Shown here one piece after another: positions 1-9,272 of a stretch of 64,000 nucleotides of DNA. The notes beneath the pieces were generated by a model that saw only the letters and a program-made list of their open reading frames with translations, had not been told where the DNA came from and ran no database searches. Positions within the stretch are counted from its first letter, which is position 1. Each line of letters begins with the position of its first letter. Made by a program: the position numbers and the translations under genes. Source of the DNA: Gemmatimonadales bacterium (GTDB lineage Bacteria > Gemmatimonadota > Gemmatimonadetes > Gemmatimonadales > GWC2-71-9); the NCBI GenBank assembly GCA_035557715.1, contig DATMDQ010000085.1, positions 1,816 to 65,815 on the forward strand. The letters run 5' to 3'.

Positions 1-510
1 ATCCTCCACCACCACGCAGCGCCTGGGTGCGAGTTCCAGCTTTTCCCGCGCCCGGTTGTAGCCCTGAGGATTGGGCTTGCAGGCGGCTACGTCTTCCGCC
101 GCGATGATCTCGGAAAAATGGGGCCGCAGTCCAGCCAGCTGGAGCACGAGGTCGATCTCGCTCCTGAGGGCCCCCGAGACGATGGCCAGCTGAAAGCCAT
201 CCAGCGCCGCGTTCTCGATGAAATCGGCAACGCCTGGAACCAGACGCATCGAGCCGCGAATAGATCGCTCATACTCCGCATGTTTGCGGGCGATGGCCTC
301 GCAGAGCGCGGCGTCGTCCTGCGGTCGTCCCATACGCTCGAAGGTGAATCGGAAGCACTCGCGATCGTCGAAGCCGAGGTACTCGCGATAATACGTGTCC
401 CGGTCCAGCGCGTACCCGTATCCAGCCAGCGTGGCGATCAGCGCGTCGCAGTGCTGTGACTCATCGTCTACGATGACGCCATTGAAGTCGAACAGGATGC
501 CGGAGGTCAT
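1..510 (-). CDS. HAD-superfamily hydrolase (phosphoglycolate phosphatase / beta-phosphoglucomutase-like); 3' end runs off the window
   Basis: Absent from the ORF track because the frame is open to position 1. My translation from ATG 510..508 reads MTSGILFDFNGVIVDDESQHCDALIATLAGYGY...SGALRSEI...CKPNPQGY...RRCVVVED. This shows HAD motif I (a DFNG variant of DxDG), the motif III Lys and the motif IV ED. Confidence 0.8.
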   Translation of the reverse strand, partial: MTSGILFDFNGVIVDDESQHCDALIATLAGYGYALDRDTYYREYLGFDDRECFRFTFERMGRPQDDAALCEAIARKHAEYERSIRGSMRLVPGVADFIENAALDGFQLAIVSGALRSEIDLVLQLAGLRPHFSEIIAAEDVAACKPNPQGYNRAREKLELAPRRCVVVED

Positions 511-526
511 GGAGAAGGTATAACGA

Positions 527-610
527 GGTAAGGCGTGAGCGGTAAGCGGTAAGCAGTAAGCGGTAGCGTGGGGGGGGGAAACGGCCCGCTCACCGCTAAC
601 CGTTCACCCC
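527..610. repeat. Tandem-heptamer palindrome (G-arm GGTAAGG CGTGAGC GGTAAGC GGTAAGC AGTAAGC GGTAGCG, G9 run, C-arm CCCGCTCACCGCTAACCGTTCACCCC)
   Basis: Read directly from the sequence. It lies between the glcF stop (596) and the HAD start (510). The C-arm supplies the last glcF codons (GVNG*). Confidence 0.85.
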
Positions 611-1933
611 ATCATAGTACCCCGCCTCATCGTACGACAGATCCAGCAGCTCCACGGGATGGGCCACACCGATGGGCAGGCGGGCGGCCCGAAGGCCGGC
701 TCCGATCTGCATCAGGCAGCCCGGGTTGCCGCTGACGATCAGGTCGGGCCGCGGCCTGGCTTCGGCCACGCTCGCGATCTTGCTGTCGAGCACCGCGCGG
801 GCCATGGCGGGGCGCAGGACGGAGTAGATCCCCGCGCTACCGCAGCAGCGGTCAGAGCCCGGCAGGACCCGAAGGCGCAAACCGGGCACCGCCTCCAGCA
901 TGGCGAGCGGGGCCTGGTGGACGCGCTGGGCATGCTGGAGGTGACAGGGCGCGTCGTACGCCACGTCCAGGCGGATCGGTGCGCCCGGCCTGGGGCCTCG
1001 TTCGGCCAGCAGCTCGGAAACGTCTCGGACCCGGGCCGCCACCATAGCGGCTGCGCTCGACTCCAGCAGGCGGCCGTAGTCCTTGAGCAGGGCTCCGCAA
1101 CCGGCGCTGTTCACCACGATGAAATCCGCTTTCCCTTGCAGGGCGGCGACATTGGCCGCCGCCAGGGCCCGAGCGCCATCCACGTCTCCCGCATGCTCGT
1201 GCAGCGCCCCGCAACAGGCCTGGCCCTTCGCCTCAATGACCCGATATCCGTTTACCCGCAGGGTTCGCTTGGTAGCTTCGTGCACGTGGCTGAAGAGCGC
1301 ATTCATCACGCAGCCGCGGAATAGAATGACGGTCGGTGCGCCGGCGGGACCGGGGGACAGCGGAACAGCAACAGCACCGGGAAGGGACTCATGAGTCGAG
1401 CCCGGCTGCCCCGCCGACCCGCTGTCCCGCTGGCCTCCGTCCTTCCTCTTCTCAGCCTGCTCGGTCATTTCCGACGAGGATGCCAGCATACCCATTCCAA
1501 ACCCGAGCCGCCCCTTCCCGGCCAGGAGGCTGGGCAGTCCGGTGGACCGAAGCGTCCGGGCCAAGGCGAACAACGGTCGCCAGATCTTGCCATACCGAAA
1601 GACACCCAGGACCAGCCGAGCCAAGGAGGAGAGACCCCGAGCGTGGTAGATCTGTTCCCGGGCGGCCTCCAGGCCGCGTCCATACCCCACGCCGGAGGGA
1701 CAGACCGGCTCGCATCCGCGGCAGCCAAGACATCCCTCGAGGTGTTCCAACAACCCCGGATCGTGGGGACTCATCTCCCCTCGCTCCAGGGCTCGCATCA
1801 GCACGATACGGCCTCGCGGGCTGTCGCCCTCGTCCCCAGTGACCAGGTATGTGGGACAAGCAGGAAGGCAGAAGCCGCAGTGCACGCAGGGATCCAGGGC
1901 GGAGTAACCGTTGGCCGCTTCCACCCTACGCAT
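596..1933 (-). CDS. glcF: Glycolate oxidase iron-sulfur subunit
   Basis: ORF 596..1957. It has two ferredoxin-type Cys clusters (CVHCGFCLPACPTY, CLGCRGCEPVCPSG) followed by a Cys-rich CCG-type C-terminal half. Start moved to ATG 1933 (MRRVEAANG), 2 nt after the glcE stop. There is a low-complexity Ser/Gly/Pro linker mid-protein. Confidence 0.9.
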   Translation of the reverse strand: MRRVEAANGYSALDPCVHCGFCLPACPTYLVTGDEGDSPRGRIVLMRALERGEMSPHDPGLLEHLEGCLGCRGCEPVCPSGVGYGRGLEAAREQIYHARGLSSLARLVLGVFRYGKIWRPLFALARTLRSTGLPSLLAGKGRLGFGMGMLASSSEMTEQAEKRKDGGQRDSGSAGQPGSTHESLPGAVAVPLSPGPAGAPTVILFRGCVMNALFSHVHEATKRTLRVNGYRVIEAKGQACCGALHEHAGDVDGARALAAANVAALQGKADFIVVNSAGCGALLKDYGRLLESSAAAMVAARVRDVSELLAERGPRPGAPIRLDVAYDAPCHLQHAQRVHQAPLAMLEAVPGLRLRVLPGSDRCCGSAGIYSVLRPAMARAVLDSKIASVAEARPRPDLIVSGNPGCLMQIGAGLRAARLPIGVAHPVELLDLSYDEAGYYDGVNG

Positions 1934-3143
1934 TATCCACCCCTTCCAATGCCACACTCAGGCATTGCCCGGGGTCGAAAGTGTCGCGGAGCCGGCCGAC
2001 GATCTGGCCAACACCTTCCCGGTAGGCACCGAAGTGCCCGATTGCCCGTCGGACGGCCCAGGGCGCTCGCTCGAGGGTCATGGGGATCTCGCGGGCGGCC
2101 GCGGCCCGGCGCAGCGCGCGGAGTCGCTCGAGCGGCGCATCACCCGTCCAACGGATCATTCCCAGTCCCGCACCGGCCGACACCAATCCCTCGTCGAGGT
2201 CATGGGACAGGAGGTCAATCGCTTCGTCGATGCCGTCGCCCAGCACCCCGAGCCGCAGCGTTATGGGGCCGCCAAGACTGCCACGCGCGGCCACGCTCCA
2301 GAACGCCGCGGTGCGATCGGCCGGGAGCGGCTGCCAGAGCTGCCCGCCGACCGAGCCGAGCCGACGCACATCGGCCTGGACCGCGGCGTCAGTCCCGACG
2401 AAGCGGGCGGCAAGCACCCAATCCGCCTCGGCAGCAAGGGCAGGTGAGATCAGCTCCAGGGCGCTGGGCAACAGGTGGGCCGACATCAGCTCGCGGGCCG
2501 CGGCGGTGAGCGCGTCCCGAGCGCCCCGCGCTACCAGGGTGACATCGGCCCGGGGCAGGGCGCGGAGCCGCAGATGGACGTCAGCAATAATTCCGAACCC
2601 GCCGAAGCCTCCCACCTGGAGCTTAGTGAGATCGTAGCCGGCGACGTTCTTCACCACCCGGCCGCCGGCGTTGACCAGCCTCCCGTCTCCGGTGGCGACG
2701 GTGCAGCCGAGCACGTGGTCTCGCACTGGTCCGTATCCGTGACGGAGAGGACCGGCCGTGGCGGTGGCAATCACCGAGCCGATGCTCCGGTCAGGCCGGC
2801 CCGGCGGGTCGATGGCGAGCCACATGCCATAATCGGCCAGCCGCCGCCGCAGCGCCTCGAGGGACGCGCCTCCCTGCACCGTGGCGACCAGGTCGGCCGG
2901 GCTCACCGACACGATCTGCTCCAGGGCGCGGGTGCGCACTACCAGGTCCGCGGGCGCATCCGGAGCCAGCCACGTCCCCCGACCTTCGACCCGGATCTTC
3001 CAGCTTTCCTCGTGTGCCAGACGGCATACCAGGGAGAGCGCGTCGTTCGAGTCCGGGCTGGCCCGTGCCACCCCGTTGGCATCCCGGTCGACGCCGGCAG
3101 TGCCGAGCAGCGCACGAAGCCGGGCATAGATGGCGTCATTCAT
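1926..3143 (-). CDS. glcE: Glycolate oxidase FAD-binding subunit
   Basis: ORF 1926..3170. FAD-binding PCMH-type domain, positioned between glcD and glcF. Starting at ATG 3143 (MNDAIYARL) gives an ATGA overlap with the glcD stop. Confidence 0.85.
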   Translation of the reverse strand: MNDAIYARLRALLGTAGVDRDANGVARASPDSNDALSLVCRLAHEESWKIRVEGRGTWLAPDAPADLVVRTRALEQIVSVSPADLVATVQGGASLEALRRRLADYGMWLAIDPPGRPDRSIGSVIATATAGPLRHGYGPVRDHVLGCTVATGDGRLVNAGGRVVKNVAGYDLTKLQVGGFGGFGIIADVHLRLRALPRADVTLVARGARDALTAAARELMSAHLLPSALELISPALAAEADWVLAARFVGTDAAVQADVRRLGSVGGQLWQPLPADRTAAFWSVAARGSLGGPITLRLGVLGDGIDEAIDLLSHDLDEGLVSAGAGLGMIRWTGDAPLERLRALRRAAAAREIPMTLERAPWAVRRAIGHFGAYREGVGQIVGRLRDTFDPGQCLSVALEGVDNA

Positions 3144-4561
3144 AGGCGGGCGCTCTTCACCGCGTGCCATTCACGGCAGGCGTGCACCGGATAGACTTTA
3201 CCCGGGTTGGCCCGTTCCTCCGGATCGAATACCCGGCGGACCGCGCGCATGGCGCCGAGGGTCTGCGCATCGAAGATCCAGGGCATGTAATCGAGCTTGT
3301 CCGACCCGACCCCGTGCTCACCGGTAATGCTGCCTCCAGCGGCCACACAGACCGCCATGATTTCGCGGCAGGCCAGCTGGACTCGAAAGGCCACCGCCGG
3401 ATCACGCCGGTCGAAGCTGATGTTCGGGTGGAGATTGCCGTCTCCGGCATGGAAAACGTTGCTGATGGTGAGATCGTGGTGCTGCCGGATCGCCTCTATC
3501 TGGTCCATGATCGCCGGCAGCGCTGAGCGGGGCACCACAGCGTCCTGCACCGCGAGATCCGGTGCGATCCGCCCCATCGCCCCGAACGCCTTCTTGCGCC
3601 CTTGCCAGAGCCGTCCCCGGTCGACCGCGGTTGATGCGCTGCGCACCTCGCGAGCCCCACACTCGAGCAGGATGTCCTTGACGGTGTGTGCTTCGGCGCC
3701 GACGGCATCGGTCTGGCCGTCAAGCTCGACCAGCAGGACCGCAGCCGCATCGGTGGGGTATCCGGCGGCATAGATAGAGGCCTCCACCGCCGCGACACAG
3801 GCCTTGTCCATCATCTCGAGCGCCGCAGGCACGATTCCGGCGGCGATGATCGCCGACACGGCCTCACTGGCGGCCCGAACGGTGGTGAAGTCAGCCAACA
3901 TCGTCCGCACGCTTTCGGGGATTGGCTCCAGCCGGACCGTGATCTCAGTGGCAATCCCGAACATCCCTTCGCTCCCCACGAACAACCCCACGAGGTCGGG
4001 GCCCCAGGCCTCGCCCTGGTCGGAACCGATCCGGAGCACCGAGCCGTCCGGGAGCACTACCTCCAGTGACACGATGTGGTTGGTGGTCACTCCGTATTTC
4101 AGGCAATGAGGTCCGCCCGCGTTTTCGGCCACGTTGCCGCCAACCGTGCAGGCCGCCTGACTCGAAGGATCCGGTACGTACTGGAGCCCGAGCGGGGCGA
4201 CCGCTTCGGAGAGCCGGGCGTTCACGACACCAGGTTGAACCACTGCCCTCCGTTGAATCGGGTCGACGCGGAGGATGCGGTTCATCCGAGTGAGGGTGAT
4301 TAGCACCGCGTCCGACTCGGCGAGCGCGCCCCCTGAGAGCCCGGTGCCGGCACCCCGGGCGACGAACGGCACCTGAACGAGATGCAACAAGCGCACGATC
4401 TCCCGCACCTCGGAGGGGCTCCCCGGCATGACCAGCAGGCCGGGAGTGGATTCGTGGGTGGGGAGGCCGTCCATTGCGTAGGTGGCCAGGTCGGCACGCC
4501 GGTGGCGCACCCACTGGGGTCCAACGATCCGGACCAGCGCGTCGATCAGGGAGGAGTTCAT
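3140..4561 (-). CDS. glcD: Glycolate oxidase subunit GlcD (FAD-linked oxidase)
   Basis: 473 aa with an FAD-binding domain plus the FAD-oxidase C-terminal domain (GSITGEHGVGSDK). ATGA overlap with the upstream gene. Confidence 0.9.
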   Translation of the reverse strand: MNSSLIDALVRIVGPQWVRHRRADLATYAMDGLPTHESTPGLLVMPGSPSEVREIVRLLHLVQVPFVARGAGTGLSGGALAESDAVLITLTRMNRILRVDPIQRRAVVQPGVVNARLSEAVAPLGLQYVPDPSSQAACTVGGNVAENAGGPHCLKYGVTTNHIVSLEVVLPDGSVLRIGSDQGEAWGPDLVGLFVGSEGMFGIATEITVRLEPIPESVRTMLADFTTVRAASEAVSAIIAAGIVPAALEMMDKACVAAVEASIYAAGYPTDAAAVLLVELDGQTDAVGAEAHTVKDILLECGAREVRSASTAVDRGRLWQGRKKAFGAMGRIAPDLAVQDAVVPRSALPAIMDQIEAIRQHHDLTISNVFHAGDGNLHPNISFDRRDPAVAFRVQLACREIMAVCVAAGGSITGEHGVGSDKLDYMPWIFDAQTLGAMRAVRRVFDPEERANPGKVYPVHACREWHAVKSARL

Positions 4562-5226
4562 TGGTCTGCGACGATATCGGGGGCCGCGCCGCCTTTTCCA
4601 TTGGTGTGAGCGCGCTGGTGCACCTTGAGCGCGCTCTCGACCGCACTGGTGAGCACCGGGAGCAGTAACAGCAGCGCCTTAAATCGCCGGCTGGTCGATC
4701 GTTCCGCCAGCAGCCGGTGCTTAACGCCGGGGTCGCACTCAATCGCCCCGGCCACCTGAAAAGAGAGACTCAAGGGGTCCTCGGGCAGCGCCGGCTCTTC
4801 CGGCTCCACATCGTTCAGCTGGCGCAATCCGGAGAAGTAGCGAGCGAAGAGCGCCCGTAAAATACTCGTCTCTTCCGCGGCGGGCTCGGTGTTCGGATCA
4901 TCGTCGAACGTCTGGACCTGGGCCACGAGATAGGGGAGAGACTCCTCGAGGAGCCGGCCCAGCACGAACCGTGAGCCGCCTACCACTACGATGTTTGACC
5001 GGCCATCCGGAAGCTCCTGATTTACCCGTACCTCCGCGACGCAGCCAACCGTTCCCGGCTCGGGGACGTCGCGCGCCGGCGGAACCGGCGTGATTCCAAA
5101 ACGCCGGTCCGCAGCGAGACAGTCCGCCAGCATTCGCTTGTACCGCGGCTCGAAGATGTGCAGCGGAAGCGGCGTACCAGGGAACAGCACCGCTGCGAGT
5201 GGAAAGATGGGAAGGCGGGAGGGCAT
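4558..5226 (-). CDS. LON substrate-binding (N-terminal) domain protein
   Basis: LPIFPLAAVLFPGTPLPLHIFEPRYKRM is the signature of stand-alone Lon N-domain proteins. Start moved to ATG 5226 (aa 19 of ORF 4558..5280), so the upstream repeat is non-coding. Confidence 0.85.
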   Translation of the reverse strand: MPSRLPIFPLAAVLFPGTPLPLHIFEPRYKRMLADCLAADRRFGITPVPPARDVPEPGTVGCVAEVRVNQELPDGRSNIVVVGGSRFVLGRLLEESLPYLVAQVQTFDDDPNTEPAAEETSILRALFARYFSGLRQLNDVEPEEPALPEDPLSLSFQVAGAIECDPGVKHRLLAERSTSRRFKALLLLLPVLTSAVESALKVHQRAHTNGKGGAAPDIVADQ

Positions 5227-5234
5227 TTTGGAAA

Positions 5235-5323
5235 GGTAAGCGGTGGGCGGTGAGAAGTGTGCGGGGAGCCCCGATGCCATCCGGAACTCCCCGCTTACCG
5301 CTTTACTGTTTACCGCTCACGCC
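5235..5323. repeat. Tandem-heptamer palindrome (G-arm GGTAAGC GGTGGGC GGTGAGA AGTGTGC GGGGAG; C-arm CTCCCCGCTTACCGCTTTACTGTTTACCGCTCACGCC)
   Basis: Core stem GCGGGGAG (5261-5268) pairs with CTCCCCGC (5287-5294) around an 18-nt loop. It fills the spacer between the sigma-factor stop (5326) and the Lon-domain gene start (5226). Confidence 0.85.
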
Positions 5324-5325
5324 TC

Positions 5326-6219
5326 TTAGGCCGCTCCCCAGAACCCCCTGAGCGACCGCACGTCCGCGGAATCGCGCAGCTTCTCGAACGCCCGCTCCCG
5401 GATCTGCCGGATGCGCTCCCGGGTGACCCCGAGGAGGGCGCCGATCTTTTCCAGAGTCAGGGCCTCGGATCCTTCCTCCAGACCGTAATAGAGGGAAAGA
5501 ATCTTGCGCTCGCGGGGGGTGAGGTGCCGTTGGAAGATCCGGTCGATAAACTCGCGCTGGAGCCGGACGTCCGTCATCTCCTCGATCTCGATACCGCCGG
5601 TGCCGGCCACTCGCTCGCCGAAGGTGCTGGCCCCCCGGTCCTGCCGCTCCACCGGCGCGTCGAGCGAGACCTCGGTGGAGGTCATCCGATGAGCCGAGCG
5701 GATGTTGTCCACCGTATCGTTGAGCGCGATGGCAATCTCGGCGTCGGTCGGCTCCCGCCCAAGCTCCTGGGCCAGAAAGCTCTTGGCGCGCGACATGCGG
5801 ACCAGCGCGGAATTCTGGTTGAGCGGGATTCGAACGCTGCGAGTCTGCTCTGCCAGGGCCTTCAACACCGCCTGGCGAACCCACCAGACCGCATACGAGA
5901 TGAACTTTACCCCGTGATCGGGATCGAACTTCTTGACCGCCTTAAGGAGACCCTCGTTGCCGATGGCCACCAGCTCGGACAAGTCGAGCCCGTGTCCCTG
6001 GTACTTCTTCACGTACGAGATCACGAACCGCAGGTTGGCGGTGACCAGCCGCTCGGCCGCTACCTCATCGCCTGCCAGCGCACATCTGGCCAGACGTTTC
6101 TCCTCGTCGGGATCGGAGATCATCGGGAGCTTCTGGATATCGAGCAGGTATTGATCGAACGCGCCGGAAGGAGTGGAGCGGGCAAACGGCCGGGCTTTCC
6201 CGGTACGGACGACGGTCAT
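5326..6219 (-). CDS. RNA polymerase sigma factor, sigma-70 family (RpoD-like, short form without region 1.1)
   Basis: Recognisable motifs are NLRFVISYVKKY, FISYAVWWVRQAVLKAL (region 2.3/2.4), RIPLNQ, and the region 4.2 HTH TLEKIGALLGVTRERIRQIRERA. ATG 6219 is preferred over TTG 6225. Confidence 0.9.
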   Translation of the reverse strand: MTVVRTGKARPFARSTPSGAFDQYLLDIQKLPMISDPDEEKRLARCALAGDEVAAERLVTANLRFVISYVKKYQGHGLDLSELVAIGNEGLLKAVKKFDPDHGVKFISYAVWWVRQAVLKALAEQTRSVRIPLNQNSALVRMSRAKSFLAQELGREPTDAEIAIALNDTVDNIRSAHRMTSTEVSLDAPVERQDRGASTFGERVAGTGGIEIEEMTDVRLQREFIDRIFQRHLTPRERKILSLYYGLEEGSEALTLEKIGALLGVTRERIRQIRERAFEKLRDSADVRSLRGFWGAA

Positions 6220-6292
6220 AGACAACCCCGGCAGAGTTGAAATGCGCTGCGATTATGGCTGCGGTGACCAGACTATTCGGAGAGGATGAGCC

Positions 6293-6321
6293 AATATAGG
6301 AATAGCGCGCTGCGCGGTCAA
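6293..6321 (-). promoter_or_regulatory. Sigma-70-type promoter candidate for the sigma-factor gene
   Basis: On the minus strand: TTGACC (6321..6316), a 17-nt spacer, TATATT (6298..6293), with a T7 tract immediately upstream of the -35. It lies about 70 nt upstream of ATG 6219 in a locally AT-richer spacer. Confidence 0.45.
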
Positions 6322-6468
6322 GCAAAAAAATCTTTCCACATCACAAAATGTTACTGGGTAAACGCTTCGTGGTTTTATCCACTTTGTGCAGAACCCCCCG
6401 CCGGCTGCCCCCGCGCCTTGATTTGCTGCAAGAGACTGCAGTTCAACCACATAGATGCCTCCGGATCA

Positions 6469-7557
6469 TCACTCCAAGGCCGCTACCGCCGCCCCGATGG
6501 CCGCGACTTTCACCGGCGTGGTCCAGCCGTTCTCCTGGTGCATTTCCCCCATCTGTCTCGGCAACGCGAAGTGAACTTGTCCGGCCCGATTTTTCTTATC
6601 GACGGCCATGTGACCCAGGAGCGCGCTCCGCTCCATGCGCGGAAGTCGCGCAGGCAGACCGAACCGGCCCAGCAGAATCGCAACCCTCTTCCGGAGTCCG
6701 GGCGATGCGATACCGAGCTGTTCCGCCAGCTCGCACTCGACAATCAGACCCAGGGCAACGGCTTCGCCGTGGGAGAGTTCATAACCGGACGCACGTTCCA
6801 GGGCGTGAGCCACGGTATGGCCGGCGTTGAGGATGGCGCGCTGTCCCGACTCGCGTTCGTCCCTGCTCACCACCTCGGCCTTGATCTCTACACTTCGCCT
6901 GATGAGGCGGGTAAGCGGGTCCAGACCGCGAGAGGAGATCTCGAGGGCGTTGGCCTCCATCCACTCGAAATATTCCCGATCCGCGATGAGGCCGTGCTTC
7001 ACCGCCTCCGCCAGTCCGGCGCGATAGTCCCGATGGGGCAGAGTCGCCAGCGTTTGAGGATCGGCAAGCACTGCTGCAGGGGGGTGAAAGGCCCCAACCA
7101 GATTCTTGCCCTGAGGAGTATCCAGTCCGGTCTTGCCGCCGACCGACGCGTCAACCATGGCCAGCAGGGTGGTCGGCACCTGGAGATACGGCACTCCACG
7201 CATATAGGTGGCAGCTACGAACCCCGCGAGGTCACCAGCGACCCCTCCGCCCAAAGCGATCAGCCCGCTGTCGCGCCCAAACCCGCGCTCCATGAGGGTG
7301 TCGGTGATGCGGGCCCAGGATTCCCGCGTCTTGGATTTCTCTCCGGCGGGGAAGGTGATGGTCTCCCCGGCCCAGGGAGCTGCGCCCATTCGGCCGTTCC
7401 GGTAGAGCTGGTGTACCGAGTCATCCGCGATCATCGCGACACGCCTTCCGGGGAGATGCTCGCTCACCAGCCGGTCCAGCCGGGCGAGTGCACCGGGCTC
7501 GACATAGACGGGGTAGCGTCCCAGCGCGTGGCTCACGACGACCGGTTTGCCGATCAC
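6469..7557 (-). CDS. aroB: 3-dehydroquinate synthase
   Basis: 362 aa with typical AroB blocks (GGGVAGDLAGFVAATYMRGVPYLQVPTTLLAMVDASVGGKTG, HGEAVALG). GTG start in a GTGA overlap with the upstream gene. Confidence 0.92.
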   Translation of the reverse strand: MIGKPVVVSHALGRYPVYVEPGALARLDRLVSEHLPGRRVAMIADDSVHQLYRNGRMGAAPWAGETITFPAGEKSKTRESWARITDTLMERGFGRDSGLIALGGGVAGDLAGFVAATYMRGVPYLQVPTTLLAMVDASVGGKTGLDTPQGKNLVGAFHPPAAVLADPQTLATLPHRDYRAGLAEAVKHGLIADREYFEWMEANALEISSRGLDPLTRLIRRSVEIKAEVVSRDERESGQRAILNAGHTVAHALERASGYELSHGEAVALGLIVECELAEQLGIASPGLRKRVAILLGRFGLPARLPRMERSALLGHMAVDKKNRAGQVHFALPRQMGEMHQENGWTTPVKVAAIGAAVAALE

Positions 7558-8099
7558 CAGGTCACGTCGCTCACGCCGGCCCGATGGTTTGCCAGCCGAG
7601 CGAGAATAAAGAGCAAGTCGGAAAGCCGGTTGAGGTAGACCACGAAGAGCTCAGGCACATCGTTGTCATGCGCCAGGTGCACGACGCTCCTTTCGGCACG
7701 ACGGCAGACCGTTCGGCCCAGGTGTAGCGCGGACGCCTTGGGGGTTCCAGCCGGCAGCACAAAGGCCTTGAGCGGCTGGAGCTCCTGGTCAGCCTCATCC
7801 ATGGCTCGCTCGAACTCGCTGACGCGTTCTGGTGACAGCGTCGCCTTCTCCAGTGCCTTGCGCACCCGCTCAGGATCCGGGGTCGCCAGGTGCCCGCCGA
7901 TGGAAAACAGGTCGCGCTGGATCGACTCGAGCAGCGGGTCAAAGAGCGCCGCTGGCTCGGTGGCGCGGATAAGTCCGATCACAGAATTCAGCTCGTCCAC
8001 ATCTCCGTACGCGGCCACCCGGGGGTGATCCTTGGTTACCCGGCCGCCACCGAACAGCGCCGTTTCACCGGTGTCCCCCGTCCTGGTATAGATCTTCAC
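7554..8099 (-). CDS. ATP:cob(I)alamin adenosyltransferase, PduO type
   Basis: KIYTRTGDTGETALFGGGRV is the family N-terminus. Start set to GTG 8099 (aa 36 of ORF 7554..8204), giving a GTGA overlap with the upstream gene. Confidence 0.88.
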   Translation of the reverse strand: MKIYTRTGDTGETALFGGGRVTKDHPRVAAYGDVDELNSVIGLIRATEPAALFDPLLESIQRDLFSIGGHLATPDPERVRKALEKATLSPERVSEFERAMDEADQELQPLKAFVLPAGTPKASALHLGRTVCRRAERSVVHLAHDNDVPELFVVYLNRLSDLLFILARLANHRAGVSDVTW

Positions 8100-9232
8100 T
8101 GGCAGGGCGCCTCCACTTCGGCCGCGGCGACGACCACGTTGCCGCCCGGCTGGATAATGCCCCAGATCACGCTGCGCTCGGCCACATCGACCTGCTCCAT
8201 CCACAGGTTGTCACGCTGGAATCCAAAGTCGCTGATCGGCTGGAGCCGCCGCCAGAAGATGCTGCGTCGAAGGGCGCCGTAGGGAGCGAGGCGGCCGCGG
8301 CGGAAGGAGAGTAATGTCGGACGAAAGATCGTCTGCTGCCAGGTTCCCGCACTGTCCCACGCCATGACTGTGGCGGCCAACAGCGTGTCGTCCCCCGCGG
8401 TTATCCGCCGTTCCCGGAGTGATACCGCGAAGCGGACTCTCCCCGGCGCCGAACGGAAGGCCATCACGTCCGCGGCATCCACGTCCGACAGGGTGTTGAT
8501 CTCGATCCTCGGGTCAGCCGGGCCCCTCAGCACCAGTGAGGGGAAGCGGCCGCCGAGCACGGAGTCCATGACCCTGCCGGTTCGGGCGATCAGCTCGTCT
8601 GCCAGCCCGGTACTGGGTGGCGCGAGCGGCTCCCGCCGGCGAAATCCTGCGTTCGGTTCGGAGGTCGAGGAGTCGGTCCGCGTCAGTGAGCCCAGCACGG
8701 GACCTTGCAGCGGAGGATCCCGGGTACCGCGATCATGATCCACGATGATCTCGACCTGGGCTCCCCGCCAGCCACAGGAGCTGCCGCGGAGCAGAATGGC
8801 GCGGGGTACGACTCCGGTCTGCCCCAGAGGCGAGGCAGCCATCGCGCGCCCGATCTTTGGCGAGCCGGTTGTCCGACGGCCGCCGGCGGATCCCAGCGTG
8901 ACAACGCCCTCACGCGCCAGCGGCCCCCAGGGCTGGTCCCCCTGAAGGAGGTCTCGCCGGTAGCGGCGCACCAGTGCCGCCACGAGTCCCGTATCGCTCG
9001 AGAGGAGATGCACCGCGCGGTTGGTGCCCTCGCCCACGAAGCTTCCCACCAGGTATCCGGACGAGTCGACCCGCACATCGCTGGCAACGCTCATCGAGTC
9101 GAGCGGAGACGCGGGACGCTCGCGAAACAGCTCACCCAGAAAGCGTCCCGCGCCCCGGCAACCGCCCATGCCCAGGCCGACGCCCAGGATCAGGTGCGCA
9201 ACGACCAGCAACCGGATGCATCTCGGAGGCAT
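8096..9232 (-). CDS. Hypothetical lipoprotein (no recognisable domain)
   Basis: Signal peptide plus lipobox (LILGVGLGMGGC). High-GC third positions. Translationally coupled to the adenosyltransferase gene. ATG 9232 is preferred over TTG 9241. Confidence 0.6.
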   Translation of the reverse strand: MPPRCIRLLVVAHLILGVGLGMGGCRGAGRFLGELFRERPASPLDSMSVASDVRVDSSGYLVGSFVGEGTNRAVHLLSSDTGLVAALVRRYRRDLLQGDQPWGPLAREGVVTLGSAGGRRTTGSPKIGRAMAASPLGQTGVVPRAILLRGSSCGWRGAQVEIIVDHDRGTRDPPLQGPVLGSLTRTDSSTSEPNAGFRRREPLAPPSTGLADELIARTGRVMDSVLGGRFPSLVLRGPADPRIEINTLSDVDAADVMAFRSAPGRVRFAVSLRERRITAGDDTLLAATVMAWDSAGTWQQTIFRPTLLSFRRGRLAPYGALRRSIFWRRLQPISDFGFQRDNLWMEQVDVAERSVIWGIIQPGGNVVVAAAEVEAPCQ

Positions 9233-9272
9233 GGCCGACAATGTGCCGAGTCCCGATGCCGAGCGAAAGGGC

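Noticed and set aside
6286-7638. 450-aa ORF antisense to aroB, together with similar long antisense ORFs at 9309..10337, 13061..14239, 26458..27438, 1391..2509 and 53574..55202
   Set aside because: In each case the opposite strand or another frame carries a protein with recognisable family motifs (AroB, FNR, DppB, GlcF/E, glycosyltransferases). The rejected ORFs are Arg/Pro/Gly-rich and motif-free.
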